Assembly: GCA_051859245.1 (NCBI GenBank)
Contig: JBHYGA010000004.1
Location: forward strand, 704,001-768,000
From: Gemmatimonadaceae bacterium
GTDB taxonomy: Bacteria; Gemmatimonadota; Gemmatimonadetes; Gemmatimonadales; Gemmatimonadaceae
DNA length: 64,000 bases
Direction of reading: 5' to 3'
Part shown: positions 45,465-55,901 of the stretch, in pieces
How positions within the stretch are numbered: the first letter of the stretch is position 1
Layout: each line of letters starts with the position of its first letter
The notes under the pieces: model-generated
Database searches by the model: none
What the model was told of the DNA's origin: nothing
What the model saw: only the letters and a program-made list of their open reading frames with translations
Translations under genes and position numbers: made by a program

Positions 45465-48400
45465 GCGCTTGCCCCAACAGCCGACGCAATGCGCGTTCCA
45501 AGGGCGCGGTCAAGCGCATCCAGCAGTGCGGGCGTGGGCACGTCGCGAAACCAGCCGTGATCGCCGGTACCGGTGACGCCTCGCAGGAACACGTACGCAA
45601 CACCGCCCCAATGCAGTGCGGGATCGTAGTTGCGCTGTCGCACGCGCAAGTGACGGTGCAGTGCAAGCAGATAGAGATGGTACTGCAGCGTGTAGTGTCC
45701 GTTCATCATGGCAATGTCAACACGGTCCGCTGCGTACTCGGCGTCGTCATTGGCGCCCAGTTTGTTGGTTTTCCAGTCCACCAGCCACCAGCGCCCATCG
45801 TGCTCAAACGCAACGTCAATCACGCCACTCAGGTAGGCACTTGCACTTGAGTCTCGAAGCGTCCGCAGCACGCGTGCGTAACGCTGTGCATGCGCGGATC
45901 CGTATTCTTCGAGCACATCGGCAATGCGTCGTGTAGACGCTGATGACAACGACAGATCAAAGCGCCATTCGCGCACCGTCGCCTCCGGCGGAACGACGTT
46001 GAGGGCAAAACCGGCGCCCGGTATCGGTGCAGCGCAGACCGTCTGCACCATCGCGGAGACATCAGCGACGCGCGGGTTCGCTTCGTCAAGCTGCGCGATG
46101 AACCGATGGGCCAGGAGCTCGCGACGCACCACCGGTTCAATACGCGTCGACTCCGTTCGTCGGTAGTCAACCAGCTCGAAAATGCGATGCATGGCGTTGC
46201 CCGCTGTCGCACCGGCCGGAAAGGCGCGAAATCCAGTTAACGCTGTGGACGCTGGCACGGCCGCAGATTCGGCCGTGAGCTCAATCACATCACGATCTGC
46301 ATCCGCCGTTGGACCCACGATCGCTTCTGCGCCTGACGCATCGAGCGTGAGTGTGGAGAAGCTGCTCGTGCGCCACGTGTCGAGCTGCCGGCGCGCGATG
46401 CGAAGCTCACGCGCGCTTGACGGTCGCGCCGATTCCGAGGGTCGCATTGCCGAGCGTGTCGGCGCGCCTCGTTCCAACTCGCGCAGCATCATGATGCCGG
46501 GCGCGTCGCGCACCAGTCGCTGCAGCACCTCACCCATCGACTCAGCGCCGAGTGGACGCAAGAGATGACCAAGCGCAGAACTTGCGGCAGAGTTCGCGCG
46601 TCCAATTTCACCGAAGGCGATGTAGCAACGGTGCACCGCACGGGTGAGCGCGACGTAGGCAAGGCGCACCGATTCGGCGCGTTCATGCCATTCGTGAAGC
46701 GCGCACCGCTCGGCGTTCTGTGTGCTGCCCAGATCAAGCACTGGGGATTGCTCATCGAAGGCCAGCGCAGGCGTGGTATCGAACGGCCCGCTGATCTCTG
46801 GCGGTGTTGACCAGAGTGTTGGGCAGAACACGATATCGAATTGCAGTCCTTTGGCTTTGTGGATGGTCAGGATTTGCACTGCCTCACTGTCGGTCTCAAG
46901 CCGGAGCTCGCGACGATCAGGGGTATTCGTGACCATGCGTTCGCGCGCAACCCACGCGGCGAGCCCTTCCGGCGCGAGGCCCTGTTCGGCCCACGCTTCG
47001 TGCAACAGCTCGGTAATGTGGCGTATGTTGGTGACGCGGCGATCGCCGTCTGGCAGTGCCAGCAAGCGCGCGATGGATTCACGCTGATCCATGACATCGC
47101 CAACGGCGGCCGCAATGCCGCGATCACGCCACGTTTCGCGCGCCGCTCGGAATACTTCGATCGTGGCCAGCCAACGCGCCTCACCGTCGGATCGCAGCGT
47201 GTCCGCGATGTCTGTGGCTGTACTCCCCCACAACCGTGTGGCCATCGCAGCGCGCACCGCACGGTCGTTCTGTGGCGAGGCGATCGCAGCTGCAACACGA
47301 AGCAGCTCGTCAGCGTCTTCCGAGGCAAAGACATCAGCGTCGCCACCGATCACGGACGGGATCCATGCGGCGTCCAGGCACCGTTTCATTTCGCGCGCTT
47401 CCGCGTTACTGCGTACCAGCACGGCAATCGAGCCAAACGCCGCCCCGCGCTGATTCAGCTGTACTGTCTCGTTCACGATCTCCCGAAAGATGATCGTGCG
47501 CGCGTCGTCTTTCGACAACGTGCCCGCGCTTGTGCCAAGCGTGTTGGGCAACCACCACCACTCCATGGCGTGTGCGCCGCGCTCCGTAAGTCCTGGCGGC
47601 GGTGTGGGTTCACGCGCCGCGGTGACCTGCGGGAAGCCAATCTCGGTTTCACTCACAAGAAACGGATCCGCAGCGCGTGTGAACACGCGCTCGACGGCCT
47701 TCACATAGGCCGACGTGCTGCGATAGTTCTCGAGCAGGGTATACCGGTGCTCTGCTGATGCGGACGCTTTCAGATACGCGTCGATGTCCGCGCCGCGGAA
47801 TCTGAAGATTGATTGTTTGGGATCACCGATCAGAAAGAGCGGGCAGCCTTCAAAAGCCAGCGAAAAAATCGGAAACTGTGTGCGGTCGGTGTCTTGGAAC
47901 TCATCGATCAATGCTGCTTTGAACCGAGTGCGGATACGCTGCGCCAGCGGCCCCTGTGCACCTTCGTCCGAAAGCACAGCAGACAGCTTGCGCAGCAGGT
48001 CGTCAAATCCCATCAGATGTCGTCGTTCCTTTTCCTTGAGGAACGACTGATCCACCGTCTCAATAAAGTCATCGAGCAGCGCCTGCTCTTCGGAATCGCG
48101 GTTGTATTCCACGCGCGTCCCCGGTAGTCGGCGGTACGGTGACACCAGCTTGCCCACCCAGCTTTCAATGGTGTCCTTTTCACCCGCCACGCGCATGGAA
48201 GCGTCAGCGTCAAACATCACGCGCACACGCGCCCAGTCACGCGCCGCGCGGGTGAGCGGCTCCGTTTCATCCTGAATGAACGTGGTGCGGAACGGGACGT
48301 GGCTCTCCAGCGCGCTCTCGGCCAGCATGCGCTGACAAAAGCCGTGAATAGTGTTCACGGCCAGGTCGTCAAGCGACGCCAGGGCACGACGCACAATCAC

Positions 48401-48724
48401 GCCGCCTGCGTCACCGTGCAGTTCACGGAGAGTGAACAGATCATCGTTCGCTGGCTCTCGAGCGGGTGGATTGGCGCTCCAGACCTGATCCGCGGTACGC
48501 AGCGTTGCACGAATGCGCGTCACGAGTTCCTGCGTGGCTTTTGCCGTGAACGTCACGATCAGGATCTGCGACAGCTGCGTGACTTTCCCCTCCAGCAAGA
48601 GCCGAAGCAGCAGTCGTGTGATCGCAAACGTCTTGCCGGTGCCGGCACTCGCTTCCACGAGCGTCACGCCCGGTTCCAGCGGAACGGTAAGCGCGTGAAA
48701 GGCCAGAGTCTCGCGCGTACTCAT
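45461..48724 (-). CDS. recB: Exodeoxyribonuclease V beta subunit
   Basis: EASAGTGKT, TIHGFC, DEFQDTD, GDPKQSIFRFRGAD, TIHKAKGL, YVALTRA; nuclease GVID..DWKTN..YTLQ. Confidence 0.95.
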   Translation of the reverse strand: MSTRETLAFHALTVPLEPGVTLVEASAGTGKTFAITRLLLRLLLEGKVTQLSQILIVTFTAKATQELVTRIRATLRTADQVWSANPPAREPANDDLFTLRELHGDAGGVIVRRALASLDDLAVNTIHGFCQRMLAESALESHVPFRTTFIQDETEPLTRAARDWARVRVMFDADASMRVAGEKDTIESWVGKLVSPYRRLPGTRVEYNRDSEEQALLDDFIETVDQSFLKEKERRHLMGFDDLLRKLSAVLSDEGAQGPLAQRIRTRFKAALIDEFQDTDRTQFPIFSLAFEGCPLFLIGDPKQSIFRFRGADIDAYLKASASAEHRYTLLENYRSTSAYVKAVERVFTRAADPFLVSETEIGFPQVTAAREPTPPPGLTERGAHAMEWWWLPNTLGTSAGTLSKDDARTIIFREIVNETVQLNQRGAAFGSIAVLVRSNAEAREMKRCLDAAWIPSVIGGDADVFASEDADELLRVAAAIASPQNDRAVRAAMATRLWGSTATDIADTLRSDGEARWLATIEVFRAARETWRDRGIAAAVGDVMDQRESIARLLALPDGDRRVTNIRHITELLHEAWAEQGLAPEGLAAWVARERMVTNTPDRRELRLETDSEAVQILTIHKAKGLQFDIVFCPTLWSTPPEISGPFDTTPALAFDEQSPVLDLGSTQNAERCALHEWHERAESVRLAYVALTRAVHRCYIAFGEIGRANSAASSALGHLLRPLGAESMGEVLQRLVRDAPGIMMLRELERGAPTRSAMRPSESARPSSARELRIARRQLDTWRTSSFSTLTLDASGAEAIVGPTADADRDVIELTAESAAVPASTALTGFRAFPAGATAGNAMHRIFELVDYRRTESTRIEPVVRRELLAHRFIAQLDEANPRVADVSAMVQTVCAAPIPGAGFALNVVPPEATVREWRFDLSLSSASTRRIADVLEEYGSAHAQRYARVLRTLRDSSASAYLSGVIDVAFEHDGRWWLVDWKTNKLGANDDAEYAADRVDIAMMNGHYTLQYHLYLLALHRHLRVRQRNYDPALHWGGVAYVFLRGVTGTGDHGWFRDVPTPALLDALDRALGTRIASAVGASA

Positions 48725-51700
48725 GCGTTATCAACCAACAGGGGCCAGCTGCCGAAGAGCGTATTTGAGAGTGACTCAAACTCGTCCCACCGATCATGCA
48801 GTGGCGAGGACCCGCGAAAGCACAGCTGTACGTACGGATCGTCTTCATCGTTGCCAACGGTGGCGTAGGCGGAGCGATTCGATTCGTAGGCTTTAATGGC
48901 GGCGGCGCGCGGATCTTTGCGTGCGGTTGACCGGCTGTTGCGCTTGGGTGGGAGTTTCGCCTGCAGATACTCCCATCCGGCATTGGCAAAAAACGGGAGA
49001 GGAGCCAGACGTGCCGCTGCCGTCATACGCAGCAACGCCTGTAGTGTGTTGCCAGCGTCTGACACTGGGCCAAGTGTGATACACTCCGCCTTCTTCTTCC
49101 CAATCACTCTCGTTGTTGTTGGCAGATGTGCGGCGCCTCGTTCGTGCGCCGCGCACATGGCCACGTGCTCAATCCACGCACGAATGTAGTGCTCCGCGCG
49201 CACGCCCCCTGCGCGTACTACCAGTCGTTCAGCCCCACGAATCTGATCAAGCCCACCCGTCAGCGTCCATTCATTCATCACAATATCGAGCCGCGCAAAC
49301 TCAGGGGTGAGCTTGGGCACGGCCACCAGCACATTGTCCACATCGGCACGAAGTTTTGCGTACCACGCGGCACCAAGCGCGTTGAGCGGGAGCTCACCAT
49401 TGGCGATCAGGCGCGATTGTAGCCGCTGGTCGTCGCGCACGCAGTCGGCGGTGACCAAAGACTGCGCCAGAATGCGTGATCGTACCGAGCCGGCGCCCAA
49501 CGCGTTCAGCGAGAACGGTTCGTCATCCTGTGCGTGGTCCATTTCCCGTTGAAGCCAGAGCCTCAGTGATCGCGTACAGTAGAACCGACTCGGATTCTGC
49601 CAGCAATCCGACAGATCACGAAGTGTCAGGTGATGAATCGCATCTGCATCAGACGTTGCAGCATCCAGCGCGGATGTCACGAACGGCGCCTCCGCGCGAT
49701 CGGTCACGTTGTTGACTCGCGCTGCCGCCGCATGCTGCCTGGAAAAAGTGAACAGTGGCGATTCTGTATCGCCATTGAAGTACGCCGGAGCAAACGGTTG
49801 CAGCGGGTGTTGCACGATGAGTGATGCCCGCGCCTGACCGGCCGTGCGCCGATCGAGATGATCCAGTAGCTCGTCTACCACGACAGACGGTGCGCACGGT
49901 GCGTTGTCGCGTACGGCGCGGCCACTGTAGCTGAGGATGAGCTGTGACTGTGCAGCAAGCAGAACATCAAGAAACAGCTGGCGATCATCACTGCGCAGAT
50001 CACGGTCGCCAGGGCGGCGTTCGGCTTCGAGCAAGTCGAAGGCGGCGCGTCGGTCACGCCTGGGAAACACACCGTCATCCAGTCCGGCAACGGCGATCAC
50101 GCGGAACGGCAGACTGCGCATCGGTTTCAGTGCCGCCACTGTCATGCCGCCGGTAAGGAATCCGCTGCCCAGTCCGTCGTCATCGAACTGATTTTCAATC
50201 CAGTCGCGTACGAGCGAAAACGGAACCAGGGCTTCGTACGCCGTGAGCTCGGCAATCTCGCGCAACCGTGCAATTGTGCGATTGAGCGACTCCACAGACT
50301 GTTTTTCCGCGAGGGAGTCGGGCAGCATCAGGCTCTCCACCGCGGCGGCGAATGCGGTGCTCCACTCGTCGAGCGAACGCGCCGTGCGCCACGCACTCAA
50401 GTGCGCCGCGAGTGCATCGATCCAGTCAGCCAGTCGCGCGAGCGTCTCGGGGTCGCCCGCCGAATCACCGGCACTTGGCAAGACACCCAGCACGGTCTCG
50501 TGATAGTCACCAACCGCAACGCCCAGTAACAATCGATCAAGACCAGCACGCCAGCTGGCGTCTTCATATTCCGGCAAGTCGAGCGCGACGCGATCATCAG
50601 CGTCGTAACCCCATCTGACGTTTGCCTGTTGCGTGAGCGCGTCCAACAGCTCCACGTCATTCGGCGAGAGGTCCGCCGCCTGCCGAACAATCGCGAGGTT
50701 CAGCACATTGAACACATCGCTGCGCGCCAGCCGACCGCCATCCAGCGCGAGTAATCGACTAAACGCTTCGGCCGCGGGTTGTGCACGTCGCGCCGGACGA
50801 TCGGCAATTCGGTAAGGAATTCGCATGCCGTCCACACCGCTGCCACCCAACACGGCATCGACCAGTGGTGCCCATTCAGTGGCGTCGGGAACCAGAAGCA
50901 GCAAATCGTGTGGACGGAGCGTGGCGTCGCGTTGCATGGCGTCGAGTAGCTGATCGCGAAGCAGCTCGAGTTGTCGACGTTGTCCATGTGCACTGTGAAA
51001 ACGCAACGACGCGTCGGATGCATCAAGCACAAGCGGGGCATCACCGGCGTCGCCAGCGCACAGTTCCTGTTGTAGTCCGGAGAGCAGCGTGTTGGCGGCG
51101 ACTGGCGTGGTGTGCAGTGAGTGAATGGACGCGCCGTGATCTGTCAGCAGCGAAAGAAACTCACGACTCTGCAGGCCCAGCACCTCACCAACCGGGTGTC
51201 TCGCCTGTTCCGGGAGCGAGGCCGTGTACACGGCGACCGGCACGTGCTCGCTCAACGCCGCGAGCAGTTCGATCACAATCGGCGGCAGTGCGCTTACGCC
51301 AAATACGGTCACGCGCGACGGCAACGCGGATACCGCGCTGGTTCTGACGGCCTCGATCGTGCGGCGAAGGCGTTCGGCGAGATGTGGCGTGTCGCTTTCC
51401 GCGCACAGTGCGCGCCACAGCAGTGCCTGCCAACGCGCATGGGCGTCAGGTACTGGCTGATCGCCACGTTCCCACGCCGACAGGGTATCCGCACGAAACA
51501 GCTGATAGTCATCAAACCGCGCGGCGATCTGCGTGGCCAGTCCAAAACGGGCACGCGCGTCGTTCACACGCAGATAGGCACGCAGCGGCTGATACGCCGG
51601 TTCGTTGAGTGGTAACTGCTGAAGCAACGCGTCAATACGCCACGTCATCAGTTCCCGCGTAAACGGATCGGTATCGGCGCGTGAACTGCGATCCGGCGTC

Positions 51701-51954
51701 ACACGGCGTTCAATGTCGCGCACGAATGCGGCGGGAAATGGCATGGCCAAAGAACCGGCACATCCAAACTGATCTGACAGCTGCAACGTGACCCAGCGGC
51801 GCATGCCCTGACTTTGCACCACAATCAGCTCGTTGTCGCGCGGCGGTAGAGGATCCGAAACCAGCAGGGAGCCGAGATGTGCAAGCAAGGGTGATAACTG
51901 ACTTGCTGTGTACACGCGAAACCGGTCGTTTCGCGGCGGTTGCACGAGCGTCAC
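48721..51954 (-). CDS. recC: Exodeoxyribonuclease V gamma subunit
   Basis: VVQSQGMRRW, FDDYQLFR, WQALLW, LKPMRSLPFRVI, DDRQLFL, HPLQPF. Confidence 0.95.
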   Translation of the reverse strand: MTLVQPPRNDRFRVYTASQLSPLLAHLGSLLVSDPLPPRDNELIVVQSQGMRRWVTLQLSDQFGCAGSLAMPFPAAFVRDIERRVTPDRSSRADTDPFTRELMTWRIDALLQQLPLNEPAYQPLRAYLRVNDARARFGLATQIAARFDDYQLFRADTLSAWERGDQPVPDAHARWQALLWRALCAESDTPHLAERLRRTIEAVRTSAVSALPSRVTVFGVSALPPIVIELLAALSEHVPVAVYTASLPEQARHPVGEVLGLQSREFLSLLTDHGASIHSLHTTPVAANTLLSGLQQELCAGDAGDAPLVLDASDASLRFHSAHGQRRQLELLRDQLLDAMQRDATLRPHDLLLLVPDATEWAPLVDAVLGGSGVDGMRIPYRIADRPARRAQPAAEAFSRLLALDGGRLARSDVFNVLNLAIVRQAADLSPNDVELLDALTQQANVRWGYDADDRVALDLPEYEDASWRAGLDRLLLGVAVGDYHETVLGVLPSAGDSAGDPETLARLADWIDALAAHLSAWRTARSLDEWSTAFAAAVESLMLPDSLAEKQSVESLNRTIARLREIAELTAYEALVPFSLVRDWIENQFDDDGLGSGFLTGGMTVAALKPMRSLPFRVIAVAGLDDGVFPRRDRRAAFDLLEAERRPGDRDLRSDDRQLFLDVLLAAQSQLILSYSGRAVRDNAPCAPSVVVDELLDHLDRRTAGQARASLIVQHPLQPFAPAYFNGDTESPLFTFSRQHAAAARVNNVTDRAEAPFVTSALDAATSDADAIHHLTLRDLSDCWQNPSRFYCTRSLRLWLQREMDHAQDDEPFSLNALGAGSVRSRILAQSLVTADCVRDDQRLQSRLIANGELPLNALGAAWYAKLRADVDNVLVAVPKLTPEFARLDIVMNEWTLTGGLDQIRGAERLVVRAGGVRAEHYIRAWIEHVAMCAAHERGAAHLPTTTRVIGKKKAECITLGPVSDAGNTLQALLRMTAAARLAPLPFFANAGWEYLQAKLPPKRNSRSTARKDPRAAAIKAYESNRSAYATVGNDEDDPYVQLCFRGSSPLHDRWDEFESLSNTLFGSWPLLVDNA

Positions 51955-53303
51955 TGTTCAACCGCCTGCGGGAGCAGTGATTCCGGGACCACGAGCGATT
52001 CGTTGTGCGGCGAGTCGACATCATCATGGTCGGCGGTATCGAGCAGGTCACTCGGAAGCTTCTTGCCGGGCTTGACGCCCAGTTCTCGCAGCAGCTCCGC
52101 TTGCCGAATCACATTGCCTTTCCCGCTACTGAGTTTCTTGCGCGCGTCAGTATAGGCTTGCTGCGCGGAATCGAGTCGTGCGCCGATGGTGTTGAGATCC
52201 GAGACAAACCCAACCAGCCGATCGTACATGTCGGCGCCTCGCTTGGCGATCTCTTTGGCGTTCCGGCTTTGCGCTTCTTGCCGCCATAAGTACGCCACCG
52301 TGCGCAGCACAAAGAGCAGCGTCGACGGACTGACCAGCAGTACGTTGCGGTCCCACGCGTCGGCGCAGAGCCGCTCGTCGTGCGTGACGGCGAGCATAAA
52401 CGCCGGCTCGATCGGCACGAACATCACCACAAAATCCAGCGAGGTGCCGTACAACTGGTCATACTTTTTCTCGGCTAGCCCCCGAATGTGCGTGCGCACG
52501 GATTGCAGATGCTCCCGGACAGCGCCCGACCGATCCTCGTCTGTCTGCGCTGACGCCGCACGCTCAAACGCGATCAGCGATACCTTGGCGTCAACAATGA
52601 TGCGCCGCCCTTCCGGCAACTGAATCACCACATCAGGCTGTTGCCGCTTCCCCTCCTCGTTCTGTTGCGAATCCTGTAGCACGAACTCGGCCCCTTCCCG
52701 CAGGCCCGCCTGCTCGAGAATGCGCTGCAGGATGAGCTCACCCCAGTTGCCCTGGTGTTTGTTCGACCCACGCAGCGCGCTGGTGAGATTCTTTGCGTCT
52801 TCGCTGAGCGACTGGTTGAGACTCACGAGTTGCTGCACCTGTTCCTTGAGTGCCGCGCGGTCTTTCCCCTCACTCACGTACACCTCTTCCACCTTCTGCT
52901 GAAAGTCTGTCAGTTTGGTGCGTAACGGATTCAGGAGCTCACCAATACGCTGTTGGCTATGCTCGGCAAATCGTTTGGCGTTGCCCTCCATGATTTCCGT
53001 CGCCACCAACTTGAACTGGGCGGCCAGCGCATCGCGAGCCGTATCGAATGCGGCCAGCTTGTCGGCGGTCGCGGCGCGCTCGGAAACAAGTTGCTGTTCA
53101 CACGTGGCCAGGCGCGTGCCCAGCTCGTAGTTGGCCTCTCGAAGCGCGTCTTCCTTCGCGCGTTGCGCTGCGCCCGCCGCTGCGACCGCCTCGTTCACCT
53201 GGGCCACCGCGCGCATCCGCATGAACGCAAACATCAACGCGGCGCCAGCAAACAGTCCGAGGACACACGCAAAAATGGCTGAGGCTGACACAGTGTCTTG
53301 CAT
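51951..53303 (-). CDS. rmuC: DNA recombination protein RmuC
   Basis: N-terminal TM plus coiled coil; QGNWGE, QPDV..LP, VDAKVSL, DFVVMFVPIE, SPSTL, LSSGKGN. Confidence 0.95.
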   Translation of the reverse strand: MQDTVSASAIFACVLGLFAGAALMFAFMRMRAVAQVNEAVAAAGAAQRAKEDALREANYELGTRLATCEQQLVSERAATADKLAAFDTARDALAAQFKLVATEIMEGNAKRFAEHSQQRIGELLNPLRTKLTDFQQKVEEVYVSEGKDRAALKEQVQQLVSLNQSLSEDAKNLTSALRGSNKHQGNWGELILQRILEQAGLREGAEFVLQDSQQNEEGKRQQPDVVIQLPEGRRIIVDAKVSLIAFERAASAQTDEDRSGAVREHLQSVRTHIRGLAEKKYDQLYGTSLDFVVMFVPIEPAFMLAVTHDERLCADAWDRNVLLVSPSTLLFVLRTVAYLWRQEAQSRNAKEIAKRGADMYDRLVGFVSDLNTIGARLDSAQQAYTDARKKLSSGKGNVIRQAELLRELGVKPGKKLPSDLLDTADHDDVDSPHNESLVVPESLLPQAVEQ

Positions 53304-53449
53304 GAAGTCCGCTAGGGGGAAGGCGCTTCACGGATAGTGCATGGTGAGCGTGTTTCGCGGCAAGTGTAGCGCCCAACAGAAACACGCGACAACGAATGCA
53401 CTGAGGCTTCGTTGTCGCGTGCTTCTATATCGCCAGACCGGGTGCGTTG

Positions 53450-54883
53450 TTATCCTGGTTCAGGCGGCCGTCTCGAAATTCGTCCCGAACCTTGTGTGCT
53501 GCTCCCGCTCGATGCTGCGGGAACGGATCGCTCCACGGGCGGTGGACTCTGCCGCTGCACGGCCGGTGGCGCCGAGCGCTGCACTGGCGGCGGTGACGAG
53601 CGCTGCACTGGAGGTGGCGCGGAGCGTTGCATTGGCGGCGGCGCCGAGCGTTGCACCTCTGGTCGGGACGGCGCCGGCGCGGCACGCTGCGAGCCAATCA
53701 CGGTGCGCGCGCGATCACTGCGCTCCACCTGCGGTGCACTCGGCATCTCGCCGATCCGCCGTGTCGGTTCGCTGCGTATCACCCGTGACGGCTCACTGCG
53801 AATCACCTGCGGTGTACGATCTGCCTCCGCCCGTGCATTGAGCACGGCGCTGCGCGCCACGGCGCCACGCTCAACACGCGCTCGTGCGTCTTCTACGGCG
53901 CGACCCACATCACGCGACCGCTCCGCACGTGACCACGCTTCGCGCTCTCGCGCTTCGCGTTGCTCCCGCTCCCAGACAGCGTTGCGATCCGGGCCCCGAT
54001 TGCCGTTGCGCACTTCGGCAAAGTACACGTCACCGTGCACGCGCGGGTACCGATCCACGTTGCGATAATCAATCACCCATCGATCAACGTAGCGGTTCAC
54101 GTACACATACGAATATCGCGGATGCACGTACACATTGGTGATGCGCACGAATGGAAACGAGCGCGCGCGCCAACCACCACCATACGAAAAGTAGGCCCGG
54201 TTCCAGCCGTTGTAGTACACCGTGTGGCGGCCCCAATCGAGATCGTAGTTGAGCCAGCCGCCAATGGGGAAGCCCACGCCAAACGACCAGTAGCGGCTGC
54301 TGAACGATGCGCCAAAGATCGGACGCGAATACACCAGGAACGGATCATAGACCGGCACATAAATCACCTGCGCCTGCGCCGGCACAATGACATAGTTATT
54401 CGCTTCCCGCACAACCCGTTGCTGCTCGTTGCTGACCAGGTTGCCATGCTCGTCGGCGAGCGCGCGCATGCGCTGGGTCGCCAGCATCACATCGCTCGAC
54501 TGGTACGCGTAGGCCCGACCGAGCGTGGCCGTCCAGTCGGCTTTGTCGGCCATCATGTTGATCACCGACGGGTAGTGCGCAATGGCTTTGACGCTGACGT
54601 CCCACGGCATGTCGTCGATGCCATCGGTGCCGTTCGCGCGCACCCAGTCTGCGGCCACCTCTATTTGATCAGGGAACGTGGAGGCGACGAGCACCTGAGC
54701 GAGCAGCGCATCCGGATAGAGCGCCACTGGGCTGATCAGGTTGTCCAGCTGCGCGGCGCTGTAGCGGGGCATCTCCCTGGCCGCGACCACCGTGTCTTGG
54801 GCGTACAAAAAAGCGCTCCCCACAGTCCCCAGAATCAGGAGGCCAAGGGTTAGCGCGCCCGTGCGAACGACATTTCGCTTCAT
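53450..54883 (-). CDS. Secreted DUF3300 domain protein with low-complexity tail
   Basis: Signal peptide; QLDNLISPVALYPDALLAQVLVASTFP, WDVSVK, IYVPVYDP. Start taken at ATG 54883. Confidence 0.88.
   Translation of the reverse strand: MKRNVVRTGALTLGLLILGTVGSAFLYAQDTVVAAREMPRYSAAQLDNLISPVALYPDALLAQVLVASTFPDQIEVAADWVRANGTDGIDDMPWDVSVKAIAHYPSVINMMADKADWTATLGRAYAYQSSDVMLATQRMRALADEHGNLVSNEQQRVVREANNYVIVPAQAQVIYVPVYDPFLVYSRPIFGASFSSRYWSFGVGFPIGGWLNYDLDWGRHTVYYNGWNRAYFSYGGGWRARSFPFVRITNVYVHPRYSYVYVNRYVDRWVIDYRNVDRYPRVHGDVYFAEVRNGNRGPDRNAVWEREQREAREREAWSRAERSRDVGRAVEDARARVERGAVARSAVLNARAEADRTPQVIRSEPSRVIRSEPTRRIGEMPSAPQVERSDRARTVIGSQRAAPAPSRPEVQRSAPPPMQRSAPPPVQRSSPPPVQRSAPPAVQRQSPPPVERSVPAASSGSSTQGSGRISRRPPEPG
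53527..53660 (-). repeat. 24-bp (8-aa) tandem repeat, about six copies
   Basis: EVQRSAPP PMQRSAPP PVQRSSPP PVQRSAPP AVQRQSPP PVERSVPA; GAGCGYTGCA recurs every 24 nt on the plus strand. Confidence 0.85.
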
Positions 54884-55004
54884 AACACCACCAGCGTCAG
54901 GGTCCGATCGCTCCCACACGACCAGACGTCATGGACACAAATGTACCCCGAGTCACAGATTCTGTTCAGGGTTCCATCGTCCCACCCCGCCCAGGCATCG
55001 CGTG

Positions 55005-55901
55005 ATGACGCTGCAAATCGACCGGCTCTCCAAGACGTACGCGAATGGCGTACGCGCGCTCAACGATATCTCGCTCACCATCCCGGCCGGTATGTTCGGC
55101 TTGCTGGGTCCCAACGGTGCCGGGAAGTCGACACTCATGCGCACCATCGCGACGCTACAGCCGCCGGACAGCGGCACAATTCGGTTTGGCGATCTCGACG
55201 TGCTGGCGCAGCCCGAAATGTTGCGTGAACGTCTCGGTTACCTCCCTCAGGAGTTCGGGCTGTATCCCAATATGCCCGCCGAGGCGATTCTCGATCACTT
55301 CGCCACGCTCAAAGGCGTGGTGAATGCGGGCGAACGCAAGGAGCTGGTCGCGTCGCTCTTGCAGCAGGTGAATCTGTACGAAGTGCGCAAGAAGAGCGCC
55401 GGTGGTTATTCGGGTGGCATGAAACAGCGTCTTGGCATAGCCATTGCACTGGCGGGCTCACCGAAACTGCTGATCGTTGATGAGCCAACGGCCGGACTCG
55501 ATCCCACCGAACGCAATCGATTTCTCAACCTCCTGGCTGACATCGGCGAGGATGTCGTCGTCATTCTGTCCACGCACATTGTCGAAGATGTGCGCGAGCT
55601 GTGCTCACAAATGGCGATCATCAACAAGGGCCAGGTGGTGGTGCACGGCAATCCAGCGCGCATTCTTGACGAAGTGCGCGGGCGCATCTGGAAACGCACC
55701 ATTCCACGCGCTCAGGCCGACGACTATCGCGCGCGCTATGAGGTGATTTCCAGCAAGATGGCCGCTGGCAGCACGGTACTGCACGTGTACGCCGAAACCG
55801 ATCCGGGCGACGGATTCGCGGCGATTGAGCCTGATCTTGAAGACGTGTACTTCCATCGATTGGCGGAGGCATCAGGCGGTCGCGTTCCGGTGGAGGCGTA
55901 A
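55005..55901 (+). CDS. ABC transporter ATP-binding protein
   Basis: GPNGAGKST, YSGGMKQR, IVDEPTAGLDP, STH. Confidence 0.95.
   Translation: MTLQIDRLSKTYANGVRALNDISLTIPAGMFGLLGPNGAGKSTLMRTIATLQPPDSGTIRFGDLDVLAQPEMLRERLGYLPQEFGLYPNMPAEAILDHFATLKGVVNAGERKELVASLLQQVNLYEVRKKSAGGYSGGMKQRLGIAIALAGSPKLLIVDEPTAGLDPTERNRFLNLLADIGEDVVVILSTHIVEDVRELCSQMAIINKGQVVVHGNPARILDEVRGRIWKRTIPRAQADDYRARYEVISSKMAAGSTVLHVYAETDPGDGFAAIEPDLEDVYFHRLAEASGGRVPVEA

Noticed and set aside
53527..53660. Regularly spaced repeats as a possible CRISPR array
   Set aside because: These are contiguous degenerate 24-bp in-frame coding repeats with no unique spacers and no cas genes.
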